Counted from the first letter of the stretch, positions 16,343 to 25,772 are shown. The stretch: DNA of 39,402 nt from an uncultured Candidatus Saccharibacteria bacterium (GCA_964544485.1 CAZJBH010000002.1:1-39402), one strand, 5' to 3'. Notes: generated by a model from the sequence alone, not told the origin. A program made the numbers and translations.

Positions 16343-16792
16343 ATGGCTATGACTAGAAAATTAAATTTTGATAAAGAAAAAATTATTCAAAGAATAAATG
16401 ATATTGATCAGGCTGTTTTAGAACTAAAAAGATTTCAAGAAATAGATTTCAGAGAATTTCAAGAAAATAAAGATAATTATGCTTTAGCTTGCTATTATCT
16501 TAGAATTGCCATTGAAGGAGTTCTTAGTATTAGTACTCATTTATTGTCTCGATTGCCTTCTAATGGAAAGAAAAAAGATTATAGCCAGTCTATTTTGTCT
16601 TTAGGAGAGTATGGGGTTTTGCCTTTAGAATTTGCTAAAAGAATTAAAGGAATGGCTGGGCTAAGAAATCGTTTAGTTCATTTATATTGGGAGGTTGATC
16701 CCAAAGAAATATTTTCTATTATTAATCAAGATATTAAAGATTTTAATAAATTTATTCAATATATCCAAAAATATCTTAAAGCTATTAAATAA
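16343..16792 (+). CDS. hepT: HEPN (DUF86) RNase toxin
   Basis: The R-X4-H HEPN catalytic motif is present as RNRLVHLY near the C-terminal third. The size is 149 aa, and it is paired with the MNT gene. Confidence 0.8.
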   Translation: MAMTRKLNFDKEKIIQRINDIDQAVLELKRFQEIDFREFQENKDNYALACYYLRIAIEGVLSISTHLLSRLPSNGKKKDYSQSILSLGEYGVLPLEFAKRIKGMAGLRNRLVHLYWEVDPKEIFSIINQDIKDFNKFIQYIQKYLKAIK

Positions 16793-16801
16793 TAAATTAA
16801 T

Positions 16802-18226
16802 ATGAAAAGAATTTTAGCTTCTAATATTTCTGAGCATAAAGGAGAGAAAATAAAATTAAATGGCTGGGTTCATTCGCGCCGTGATCATGGAAAACTTATT
16901 TTCATTGATTTGCGCGATCGAAGCGGTTTAGTCCAGCTTGTTTTTTTGCCGGAAAATAAAGCTTGTTATCAATTAGCTAATTCTTTGCGCAGCGAATGGG
17001 TGATTGAAGCGATTGGCAAAGTGAATGAACGGCCCGGGTCAATGAAAAATGAGAATATTACTAGCGGAGGATTTGAGATTGAAGCAGAAGAGCTTAAGAT
17101 TTTAAATCAAGCTAAAACTCCTCCTTTTGAAATTGCAGATGAATATAAAACAGATTTAAAAAAAGAAGGGCGGGTTAATGAAGAGGTTAGGCTGACTTAT
17201 CGGTATTTGGATTTAAGAAAAAGCAATATGCAGCGTAATTTAACTATTCGGCATAGAGTTGCTACTCAAATTAGAAATTATCTTGATAAAAAAGGATTCA
17301 GAGAAATAGAAACTCCTATTTTAACTAAATCAACGCCTGAGGGAGCGCGTGATTTTTTGGTGCCAAGCAGAATCCATCCGGGATGTTTTTATGCTTTGCC
17401 GCAAGCTCCTCAGCAATTAAAACAGCTTTTAATGGTTGCTGGAGTAGAAAGATATTTTCAATTTGCAAAGTGTTTTAGAGACGAAGATTTGCGCGGAGAC
17501 AGACAGCCGGAATTTACTCAATTAGACATAGAAATGTCTTTTATTAAGCCAAAACAAATAATGAATATTGTTGAAAAAATGCTTATTCAGGTAATTCAAT
17601 CTTTGATTAAAATAGATAAGCAGCTTTCTAAACGCTTAACTTTTAATCCTTTTGCGGTTTTAGATTATGATGAAGCGATTAAAAAATATGGCAATGATTC
17701 GCCTGATTTAAGAGAAGATAAATCTAATCCAAATGAATTAGCTTTTGCCTGGATTGTTAATTGGCCGCTTTTTGAATATAACAAGGAAGAAAAAAGATAT
17801 GATCCTTGTCATCATATTTTTACTGCTCCGCAAGAAAAAGATATTGATTTGTTAGACAAGGATCCATTAAAGGCTAGGTCTTTGCAATATGATTTAGTTT
17901 TAAACGGGCATGAAATTTGCGGAGGAAGCATTCGAATTCATCGCCAGGATATTCAGCAAAAAATGTTTGAATTGGTCGGTTTAACCAAAGAGGAAATTAA
18001 AAGCAAATTCAGCCATCTATTAAAAGCTTTTGAATATGGGGCTCCGCCTCACGGAGGAATGGCTATGGGATTAGATCGATTTCTAATGATTCTGCTTAAT
18101 CAAGAAAGCATTCGAGAAGTGATTGCTTTTCCCAAAAGCGGAGATGGTTCTGATCTAACTATGGGCGCTCCTTCTAAAATTTCAAAAGAACAGTTAAAAG
18201 AGTTAAATTTGAAGATTGTCGAATAA
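16802..18226 (+). CDS. aspS: aspartyl-tRNA synthetase, bacterial-type motifs but lacking the GAD insertion domain
   Basis: It has an N-terminal OB fold (GWVHSRRDHGKLIFIDLRD). Motif 2 is FRDEDLRGDRQPEFTQLDIEMSF and motif 3 is GGMAMGLDRF. It is only 474 aa long. Confidence 0.9.
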   Translation: MKRILASNISEHKGEKIKLNGWVHSRRDHGKLIFIDLRDRSGLVQLVFLPENKACYQLANSLRSEWVIEAIGKVNERPGSMKNENITSGGFEIEAEELKILNQAKTPPFEIADEYKTDLKKEGRVNEEVRLTYRYLDLRKSNMQRNLTIRHRVATQIRNYLDKKGFREIETPILTKSTPEGARDFLVPSRIHPGCFYALPQAPQQLKQLLMVAGVERYFQFAKCFRDEDLRGDRQPEFTQLDIEMSFIKPKQIMNIVEKMLIQVIQSLIKIDKQLSKRLTFNPFAVLDYDEAIKKYGNDSPDLREDKSNPNELAFAWIVNWPLFEYNKEEKRYDPCHHIFTAPQEKDIDLLDKDPLKARSLQYDLVLNGHEICGGSIRIHRQDIQQKMFELVGLTKEEIKSKFSHLLKAFEYGAPPHGGMAMGLDRFLMILLNQESIREVIAFPKSGDGSDLTMGAPSKISKEQLKELNLKIVE

Positions 18227-18242
18227 ATGCGGTTTTAGGAAA

Positions 18243-19067
18243 ATGATAAATTCATTAATTTTTTTATTAGTTATTGCTAACCCATTTTATTTATTTTTTT
18301 CTTTTCCTTTACAAAATCTTAATCAAGAGATTGGTTTTAGAGAATTAGCTAGTTGGGAAAAATCACTAGCTTCAGCTTTGAAAAACGCTAATCCTAATTT
18401 TCTTCCAATTCGGAATTGGGGAATCGATGATCCTGGGATTGAATCCCAAGCAGCAGGAATTTTTAGTTTTAATCCAAAAGCGGAAAAAAATATTTCATTT
18501 CAATCAAATGAAATTCTTTTTTATCAAAATCAAAATTTAATTTTACCGATTGCTAGTCTAACTAAGTTAATGACTGCAGTGGTTGTTTTAGAAGAATTAA
18601 AAGAAACAGAATTAAATCAAGAAATAATTGTTTCCGAGAATGCAGTTTCTGTTTTTGGCAGCCAAGCCGGTCTTCAAGCTGGAGAAAGATTAACTATTAA
18701 AAATATTTTACAAGCTCTTTTAATAGAATCTAGTAATGATGCAGCTTATGTTTTAGCTGAATCAATAGAACAGAAAACCGAAAAAGATTTCGTTTTTTTA
18801 ATGAATCAAAAGGCTAAAGAATTGGGTTTAAAAAATACTCGTTTTGCTGATCCAAGTGGGCTTAATCCGGCTAATATTTCTACAGTTTATGATATTGCTT
18901 GTTTAGTGAAATATAGCTTTAATTATCCTTTGATTTGGCAGATAACTAAAACAATTCAAATTGATGTTGTTTCTTTAGGCGGGGAAAAACATACTTGGAC
19001 AAATACAGATAAATTATTAAATAAATATCAAAATATTATTGCCGCAAAAGCGCTTTTTAGAAACTGA
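18243..19067 (+). CDS. D-alanyl-D-alanine carboxypeptidase (S11 PBP) homolog, C-terminally truncated at the KTG box
   Basis: SxxK is present (ASLTKLM) and SxN is present (ESSNDAA). The protein ends ...NIIAAKALFRN* where KTG is expected. The track start at 18216 overlaps aspS, and an ATG at 18243 precedes the TM/signal segment. It may be a pseudogene. Confidence 0.6.
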   Translation: MINSLIFLLVIANPFYLFFSFPLQNLNQEIGFRELASWEKSLASALKNANPNFLPIRNWGIDDPGIESQAAGIFSFNPKAEKNISFQSNEILFYQNQNLILPIASLTKLMTAVVVLEELKETELNQEIIVSENAVSVFGSQAGLQAGERLTIKNILQALLIESSNDAAYVLAESIEQKTEKDFVFLMNQKAKELGLKNTRFADPSGLNPANISTVYDIACLVKYSFNYPLIWQITKTIQIDVVSLGGEKHTWTNTDKLLNKYQNIIAAKALFRN

Positions 19068-19130
19068 AAAATTAATTAATTGGGTTCATAAAGCATATGC
19101 TTGGTAAAATTATTAAATTAAAAAATTAAT

Positions 19131-20180
19131 ATGTTGGATATTTTTCATATTGCGAGAATTTTAGGATTAAGCGCTATTTCTTTTTTGTTCGCTTTAGCTT
19201 GGACTCCTTTATTGACGCGAATATTAATTAAGCTTAAAGCAGGCAAACAAATTCGTTCTGAAGGAGCTCCTATTTTTCATAAATTACATCAAAAAAAACA
19301 AGGGACCCCGACTATGGGGGGATTGCTTATTTGGATAACAGTTTTAGTAATTGCTTTGTTTTTTTGGCTTTTAGCATATTTAACTGAAGGAACAATTTTA
19401 GCGGAGATTGATTTTCTAAGCAGGGGACAGACCTTATTGCCATTAGGCGCTTTAATTGCTTCTGCTTTAATCGGTTTAGGAGATGATTTATTAGGCGTTT
19501 TTAAAATTGGTTCAAATGGAGGCGGTTTTAAAGTTAAACATCGTTTAATTCTGTATACTTTCATTGCTAGTTTTGGAGCTTGGTGGTTTTATTACAAATT
19601 AAATTGGGATTTAGCGCATATTCCTTTTATCGGCGATTTTAATCTTGGATTGTGGTATCCTTTGCTTTTTATTTTTATTTTAGTAGCAACTGCTTTTTCA
19701 GTTAATGAAACAGATGGATTAGATGGATTAGCCGGAGGAATTTTAATGATTGGATTTGCTTCTTATGGAGTCATCGCTTTTTCTCAAGGGAAAATGGATT
19801 TAGCTGCTTTTTGCGGAGTTATTATTGGCGCTTTGCTTGCTTTTCTGTGGTTTAATATTTATCCGGCTAGATTTTTTATGGGCGATACCGGAGCCATGTC
19901 TTTAGGAATTACTTTAGGAATTATTGCTATGTTAACGAATGCTTTTATGATTTTACCGTTTATCGGTTTTATCCTAATGATTGAATCTTTATCAGTTATT
20001 TTCCAGACTTTTTCTAAAAAAATCAGAGGTAAAAAAATATTTTTATCAACTCCGATTCATCATCATTTTGAAGCTAAGGCTTGGCCAGAAACAAAAATTA
20101 CTATGCGTTTTTGGATTTTAAACGGAGTTACCGCAGCAATCGGACTAATCCTGGTTTTTGTTGACCAGATTATAAGGTGA
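19131..20180 (+). CDS. mraY: phospho-N-acetylmuramoyl-pentapeptide transferase
   Basis: NETDGLDGLA and PIHHHFE motifs in a 10-TM protein, located beside ftsW and murG. Confidence 0.92.
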   Translation: MLDIFHIARILGLSAISFLFALAWTPLLTRILIKLKAGKQIRSEGAPIFHKLHQKKQGTPTMGGLLIWITVLVIALFFWLLAYLTEGTILAEIDFLSRGQTLLPLGALIASALIGLGDDLLGVFKIGSNGGGFKVKHRLILYTFIASFGAWWFYYKLNWDLAHIPFIGDFNLGLWYPLLFIFILVATAFSVNETDGLDGLAGGILMIGFASYGVIAFSQGKMDLAAFCGVIIGALLAFLWFNIYPARFFMGDTGAMSLGITLGIIAMLTNAFMILPFIGFILMIESLSVIFQTFSKKIRGKKIFLSTPIHHHFEAKAWPETKITMRFWILNGVTAAIGLILVFVDQIIR

Positions 20181-21277
20181 TGTCAATTAAAGCCAAACAA
20201 CCAGACTATATTTTAATTATTAATGTATTATTTTTAGTAATCATTGGATTAGTTGTTTTATCAAGCGCTTCAATTGTTATTTCCCAAGATTATTTTGACG
20301 AGAGTTATTATTTTTTAAAACATCAGCTTATCTATGGCTTATTGCTTGGCGGAATCGGTTTTTTTATTTGTCAAAGAATTAATTACCGTTTTTGGAAAAA
20401 AATTTCTTTTCCTTTAATTATTTTATCAATTTCTCTCTTAGCATTAGTTTTATTTCCTAAGATAGGCATAGAGCACGGAGGAGCTAGGCGCTGGATTGGA
20501 TTAGGAGGATTAAGTTTTCAACCGTTTGAAATAGTCAAAATTGTTTTTATTATTTATCTAGCTGGCTTATTAAGCCGCAAAGGCAAGGATGAGAATGTGA
20601 TTAAGAAAAGTTTTTTGCCAATCGGAATTATTTTCAGCCTTATTTGTATTTTGCTTTTGCTCCAACCAAGCACTAGCGCAGTTGGTTTGATGGTTCTCAT
20701 CTTAACTACCCTTTATTTTCTAGCTGGTATTCGGCTGAGTTATATTTTTGTCCTTTTTGCCTTGGCTTTAGCTAGTTTTTTTGCTTTAATAAAGACAAGC
20801 GCTTATCGAATGAATCGTTTGACCGTGTATTTGCATCCAGAAACTGATCCGCAGGGGATTGGTTATCAAATCAACCAGGCTTTAATGGCAATTGGGTCAG
20901 GCGGACTTTTCGGGCTTGGCTTGGGACACAGCATTCAAAAGTGGCAATATTTACCTGAAGTTATTGGCGATTCAATTTTTGCCATTATTGCTGAAGAATG
21001 GGGGTTAATCGGAGCTTTGTTAATTATCTTCTTGTTTTTCTTATTTGCTTGGCGCGGTTTGCGAATATCTAAAAATGCTCCGGATAAGTTTGGTTATCTT
21101 TTAGCCGGAGGAATTACTTGTTGGATATTTTTCCAGGCATTTATCAATATCGCGGCTATTTGCGGAATAATTCCATTAACCGGTATGCCTTTGCCATTTA
21201 TAAGTTACGGAGGAACCGGATTAGCAATTCTTTTAAGCAGCGTTGGAATTTTAGTCAATATTTCAAAATATAATTAA
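20177..21277 (+). CDS. ftsW: SEDS-family lipid II flippase / peptidoglycan polymerase (FtsW/RodA)
   Basis: Polytopic protein with the PEVIGDSIFAIIAEEWG and PLPFISYGG blocks typical of FtsW/RodA. Its start overlaps the mraY stop (GTGATG). Confidence 0.88.
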   Translation: MMSIKAKQPDYILIINVLFLVIIGLVVLSSASIVISQDYFDESYYFLKHQLIYGLLLGGIGFFICQRINYRFWKKISFPLIILSISLLALVLFPKIGIEHGGARRWIGLGGLSFQPFEIVKIVFIIYLAGLLSRKGKDENVIKKSFLPIGIIFSLICILLLLQPSTSAVGLMVLILTTLYFLAGIRLSYIFVLFALALASFFALIKTSAYRMNRLTVYLHPETDPQGIGYQINQALMAIGSGGLFGLGLGHSIQKWQYLPEVIGDSIFAIIAEEWGLIGALLIIFLFFLFAWRGLRISKNAPDKFGYLLAGGITCWIFFQAFINIAAICGIIPLTGMPLPFISYGGTGLAILLSSVGILVNISKYN

Positions 21278-21298
21278 GATATATATTAAATTAATATT

Positions 21299-22435
21299 AT
21301 GAGAATTCTATTAACTGGCGGCGGTACTGGAGGACATATTTATCCTTTAGTAGCAGTGGCTAATAAAATTAAACAAATTTATCAAGAGCAAGGGAAAGAT
21401 CAAGATTTAAAATTATATTTTTTAGGAATCGGCGGTTTAGCTGAAAAAGAATTAATTAATCACGGCATAAAAACAAAAACTATTTTTACTGGAAAATTAC
21501 GCCGCTATTTTTCAATTCATAATTTTATTGATATTTTAAAACTTCCGATTGGCTTAGTTCAATGTTTTTGGCATCTCTTCTTTATTATGCCGGATGTCAT
21601 TTTTAGCAAAGGAGGGTTTGATAGCGTTCCAGTAGTAATTGTTGGCTGGATTTATCGAATTCCAATAATTATTCATGAATCAGACAGTATTCCTGGATTA
21701 GCTAATAGGATTAGCGCTAAGTTCGCTAAAAGAATCGGACTTGCTTTTAAAACAGCTATTTCTTTTTTTAAAGAAGAAAAAACCGCTTTATTGGGCAATC
21801 CAATCAGAGAAAAAATAGTAAGGGTATGTTTATCCCAAGAAGCATCAGAAAAGAAAAAAGCAAAACAATTTTTTCAGATTAGCGATTTAGAAAGACCAAT
21901 AATTTTAGTTCTTGGAGGCAGCCAGGGAGCTAAAAAAATTAATGATTTAATTTTAAAATCACTTTATGATCTTTTAAATGAATACGAAGTTATTCATCAA
22001 TGCGGAGTTAAAAATGAAGAGCAGATAAAGAAAATTTTTGAAGACAAGCTGCCTGAGCATTATCATGTTTTTCCTTTTTTAAAAGAGCAAGAAATGGCCT
22101 ATGCTTATTTATCAGCTGATTTAATAATTTCGCGCGCTGGAGCAGGAAGCATTTTTGAAATTTCTGCTTGCGGCAAGCCAAGTATCATTATCCCGCTTCC
22201 TAAATCAGCTGGGAATCATCAAAGAGAGAATGCTTTTAGTTTTGCCAGATATGGAGCAGCAGTAGTTATGGAGCAGGATAATCTTACGCCGCATCTTTTA
22301 TTACATGAGATTAAAAAGATTTTAGAACATTCTGAACAAAGAATTTCAATGAGTGAAAATGCTAAAAACTTTTCTATTTTAGAATCGTCAAAATATATTG
22401 CTGAGGAAATAATTAAATTAGCAATTAAAAAATGA
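21299..22435 (+). CDS. murG: UDP-GlcNAc:lipid I GlcNAc transferase
   Basis: N-terminal GGGTGGHIYP, C-terminal GGSQGA and SRAGAGSIFE blocks. Confidence 0.9.
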   Translation: MRILLTGGGTGGHIYPLVAVANKIKQIYQEQGKDQDLKLYFLGIGGLAEKELINHGIKTKTIFTGKLRRYFSIHNFIDILKLPIGLVQCFWHLFFIMPDVIFSKGGFDSVPVVIVGWIYRIPIIIHESDSIPGLANRISAKFAKRIGLAFKTAISFFKEEKTALLGNPIREKIVRVCLSQEASEKKKAKQFFQISDLERPIILVLGGSQGAKKINDLILKSLYDLLNEYEVIHQCGVKNEEQIKKIFEDKLPEHYHVFPFLKEQEMAYAYLSADLIISRAGAGSIFEISACGKPSIIIPLPKSAGNHQRENAFSFARYGAAVVMEQDNLTPHLLLHEIKKILEHSEQRISMSENAKNFSILESSKYIAEEIIKLAIKK

Positions 22436-23805
22436 AAAAAGATCGGAAAATTAAAGTTAGATTAGCCCCAAGTCCAACTGGCAAATTGCATATTGGCACA
22501 GTTAGAACAGCTTTGTTTAATTATTTATTTGCTAGAAAAAACAAAGGTATTTTTGTTTTACGAATAGAAGATACTGATCAGGAAAGAAGTGAAAAAAAAT
22601 ACGAGCAAGATATTTTAAATGGATTAAAATGGCTTGGCTTGAATTGGGATGAAGAATATTATCAAAGCCAGCGGACTAAAATTTATCAAAAATATTTAAA
22701 AGAATTGCTTGATAGCAATAATGCTTTTTGGTGCGACCATACTAAAGAAGAATTGGAAAAAGAAAAACAAGAGCAAATAGCTAATAAACAGGCTCCGCGT
22801 CATATTTGCAATCGCAAAGGCAAGGCTAAACAGGGGATTATTCGTTTTCGCTGTCCAAATGAAAAAGTTGCTTTTAATGATTTGATTAAGGGGGAATTAG
22901 AATTTGATGGCGGATTATTAGGGGATATTAGCATTGCTAAAGATGAAAATACTCCATTATATAATTTTGCCGCGCCAATAGATGATTCTTTAATGGAGAT
23001 TAGTCATGTGATTAGAGGGGAAGATCATATTTCAAATACCCCCAAGCAAATCCTATTATTAAAAGCGCTTAATTTAGAAATTCCTGAATACGGGCATCTT
23101 CCTTTAACTTTAGGTCCTGATAAAACCAAATTAAGCAAACGTCATGCAGTTACCTCTATTAGCGAATATCAAAAAAAAGGATATTTGCCTGAAGCAATGA
23201 TTAATTTCATGGTTTTTTTAGGCTGGCATCCAGGAAGCGAAAGAGAAATTTATTCTTTATCTGAATTAATTCAAGAATTTTCTATTAAACAAATGAATAA
23301 ATCTAATGCAATTTTTAACCTTGATAAATTGAATTGGTTTAATAGTTACTATATCAAGCAAATGGATTTAAGCGATTTAACTCAAAAATGTCTTGAATAT
23401 TTGCCAGAAGGAACTGATTTTGAATATGCTAAAAAAATAGTGGCTTTGGAAAGGGAAAGGATTAAAACGCTTTCCGAGATAAAAGAAATGACTCAATTTT
23501 TCTTTGTTGACGAATTAAATTATGATAAAGAATTATTAATCTGGAAAGATATGGATTTAGCTCAGGTTAAGCAGAATCTAGAGATTCTCTATAAAACCTT
23601 GCAAAAGATTGATAATTTTAATCAAAAAGAGCTAGAGGGGAGTATTATGCCTTTAACAGAGAAGTATGGCAGAGGAGAGCTGCTGTGGCCTTTAAGAGCG
23701 TCTTTATCAGGACAAAAGGCTTCGCCTAGTCCTTTTGAAATTATGGAAGTTTTAGGCAAAGAAAAAACATTAGCTAGAGTTAAACAATCGATTGAAAAGA
23801 TATGA
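22432..23805 (+). CDS. gltX: glutamyl-tRNA synthetase
   Basis: RLAPSPTGKLHIGTVRTALFNY (HIGH region) and KLSKR (KMSKS region). It overlaps murG by 4 nt. Confidence 0.9.
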   Translation: MKKDRKIKVRLAPSPTGKLHIGTVRTALFNYLFARKNKGIFVLRIEDTDQERSEKKYEQDILNGLKWLGLNWDEEYYQSQRTKIYQKYLKELLDSNNAFWCDHTKEELEKEKQEQIANKQAPRHICNRKGKAKQGIIRFRCPNEKVAFNDLIKGELEFDGGLLGDISIAKDENTPLYNFAAPIDDSLMEISHVIRGEDHISNTPKQILLLKALNLEIPEYGHLPLTLGPDKTKLSKRHAVTSISEYQKKGYLPEAMINFMVFLGWHPGSEREIYSLSELIQEFSIKQMNKSNAIFNLDKLNWFNSYYIKQMDLSDLTQKCLEYLPEGTDFEYAKKIVALERERIKTLSEIKEMTQFFFVDELNYDKELLIWKDMDLAQVKQNLEILYKTLQKIDNFNQKELEGSIMPLTEKYGRGELLWPLRASLSGQKASPSPFEIMEVLGKEKTLARVKQSIEKI

Positions 23806-25076
23806 TTAGAAAAATATTTTTCATTTTTTTGTTATTGATTATCCCTTTGATTACCCAAGGGAATTTGATTGATGATTTAAATCGTAAAATTCAGGAGCAT
23901 GAAGCTCAGAAAATAGAGCTGGAAAAACAGGCTCAGGAATATCAAAGAGTAATTAATCAAAAGCAAAGCGAAATTAATACTTTAAATAATCAAATTGCGA
24001 TTTATAATGCTCGGATTAATAAGATTCAGGTAGAGATTAATCTTACCCAGGATCAGATTGATCAAACTGAATTAGAGATTATTCGTTTGGAATATGGGAT
24101 TGAAGATGCGCAGGAAGATATAGATAAAAATAGGGATAATTTAGCAGTGATTATCCAGTCAATTGCTGAATTTGATCAAACTAGCCAATTAGAAATGATG
24201 TTGCAAAGCGATGATTTTTCAGAATATTTTAATCAGATTGCTTATTTAGATAATCTTCAATACAGTGTTAAGGAAAAAGTGGTTGAATTAAAAAAACTTA
24301 AGCAAGGATTACATATTAATAAGCAAGAGCAAGAAGAAAAAAAAGAACAATTAAAATCTTTGGAAGAACAATTAGCCGGTCAGAAATATTCATTGGCTGC
24401 TCAAAGGAATTCTCAAAAAACTTTACTTAATCGCACAAAAGGGCAAGAAAATAGATATCAACAAATGCTGGCGGAAATAGAAGCGCAAAAAAAAGAAATT
24501 TTAGGGGATATTAACGGATTAATGCAGCGTCGGGCAGCTGAATTAGCTCGATTAAAAGAAATGCAGCAAAAGCCTCCTTCTCAATATTGGGCTTCTGAAA
24601 ATTGGTTTTATCGACAAGATGATTCAAGATGGGGGAATGATAGAATTGGCATGTCTAATTCTAAATTAAAGGATTATGGCTGCGCTATTAGTTCAGTAGC
24701 TATGGTCTTTACTTATCATGGAGAAACTATTAATCCGGCTCAGCTGGCCAGAGAGCCGATTTATTATTCCAGTTTGATTATCTGGCCGAGCCAATGGGAG
24801 AGTTTGCAAAAAGTATTAGCAACTTATCGGACTGCAGCTGATTGGTTTAGGATTGATCGAGAAGTTGGCGCTGGTTATCCAGTGATTGTTAGAATTCAAG
24901 CAGATGGATATAGCGGAGCGCATTATGTGGTTATCCATCATAAAACCAATGATGGGAGATATGTGGTTCATGATCCTTTGTTTGGTTCAAATATTTATTT
25001 ATCCTCTAGCCGCGCCTATATTGGCAAGCTTTATGACACTACTACTAGCATTAATCAAATGATTGTTTATCATTAA
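23802..25076 (+). CDS. secreted coiled-coil protein with a C-terminal C39-like / papain-fold cysteine peptidase domain (PcsB-like architecture)
   Basis: It has an N-terminal signal/TM segment and about 230 aa of heptad-rich Q/E/K coiled coil. The C-terminal domain has a candidate nucleophile in YGCAISSVAMVFTYHG and a candidate His in GAHYVVIHH. Confidence 0.55.
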   Translation: MIRKIFFIFLLLIIPLITQGNLIDDLNRKIQEHEAQKIELEKQAQEYQRVINQKQSEINTLNNQIAIYNARINKIQVEINLTQDQIDQTELEIIRLEYGIEDAQEDIDKNRDNLAVIIQSIAEFDQTSQLEMMLQSDDFSEYFNQIAYLDNLQYSVKEKVVELKKLKQGLHINKQEQEEKKEQLKSLEEQLAGQKYSLAAQRNSQKTLLNRTKGQENRYQQMLAEIEAQKKEILGDINGLMQRRAAELARLKEMQQKPPSQYWASENWFYRQDDSRWGNDRIGMSNSKLKDYGCAISSVAMVFTYHGETINPAQLAREPIYYSSLIIWPSQWESLQKVLATYRTAADWFRIDREVGAGYPVIVRIQADGYSGAHYVVIHHKTNDGRYVVHDPLFGSNIYLSSSRAYIGKLYDTTTSINQMIVYH

Positions 25077-25078
25077 AT

Positions 25079-25768
25079 ATGAAGCCAAATCCGAATAAAA
25101 AATTAATTGTTCAAATTAATCGAGAGAAATACGCGCGTTATCCGATTAAAACAGATTTGATTACTCAAAAAAACAAAGATTTAGTTGCAACGATTAAAAA
25201 ATATATTCAAGGAATAACTCAGCCAGGGGATACTTTATTTATTAGCGAAAAGATAATTGCAATTATGCAAGGAAGAGCTTATCCAATTGATCAAATTAAG
25301 CCAAGCAAAATAGCAATTTGGCTAAGTAAAAAAGTTTATAAGAATCCAGCTGGAATTGGACTCGCTTCTCCGGAAACTATGCAATTAGCAATTGAAGAAG
25401 TTGGCCTTTGGCGGATTATTTTGGCAGCTTTAGCCGCATTTATAACTAAGCTCTTTGGTATTCGGGGAGTTTTTTATTTAATCGCTGGAGAAAAAGCGCG
25501 CGGCATAGACGGCCCGGTTGATTATGCAATTCCTCCTTATAATACTTATGCCAGCAAGATTCCAAAGAACCCAAAAAAAACAGCTGAAAGAATAAGCCAA
25601 GCAGTTAATTTGCCTGTGGCAATTGTTGATGTTAATGATTTAGGCGCTAGAATTTTAGGCGCTAGCCAAGGAGTTAATAAAAATATTTTAATTAAAGCTT
25701 TACAAGATAATCCTTTGGGGCAAACTGATGAATCAACCCCAATTGGTATCTTGAGGAAAGTATTTTAA
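25079..25768 (+). CDS. CofE-like (F420-0:gamma-glutamyl ligase family) protein
   Basis: PGDTLFISEKIIAIMQGRAYP and the C-terminal GQTDESTPIGILRK resemble the CofE-family blocks as I remember them. No search was performed. Confidence 0.45.
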   Translation: MKPNPNKKLIVQINREKYARYPIKTDLITQKNKDLVATIKKYIQGITQPGDTLFISEKIIAIMQGRAYPIDQIKPSKIAIWLSKKVYKNPAGIGLASPETMQLAIEEVGLWRIILAALAAFITKLFGIRGVFYLIAGEKARGIDGPVDYAIPPYNTYASKIPKNPKKTAERISQAVNLPVAIVDVNDLGARILGASQGVNKNILIKALQDNPLGQTDESTPIGILRKVF

Positions 25769-25772
25769 ATAT

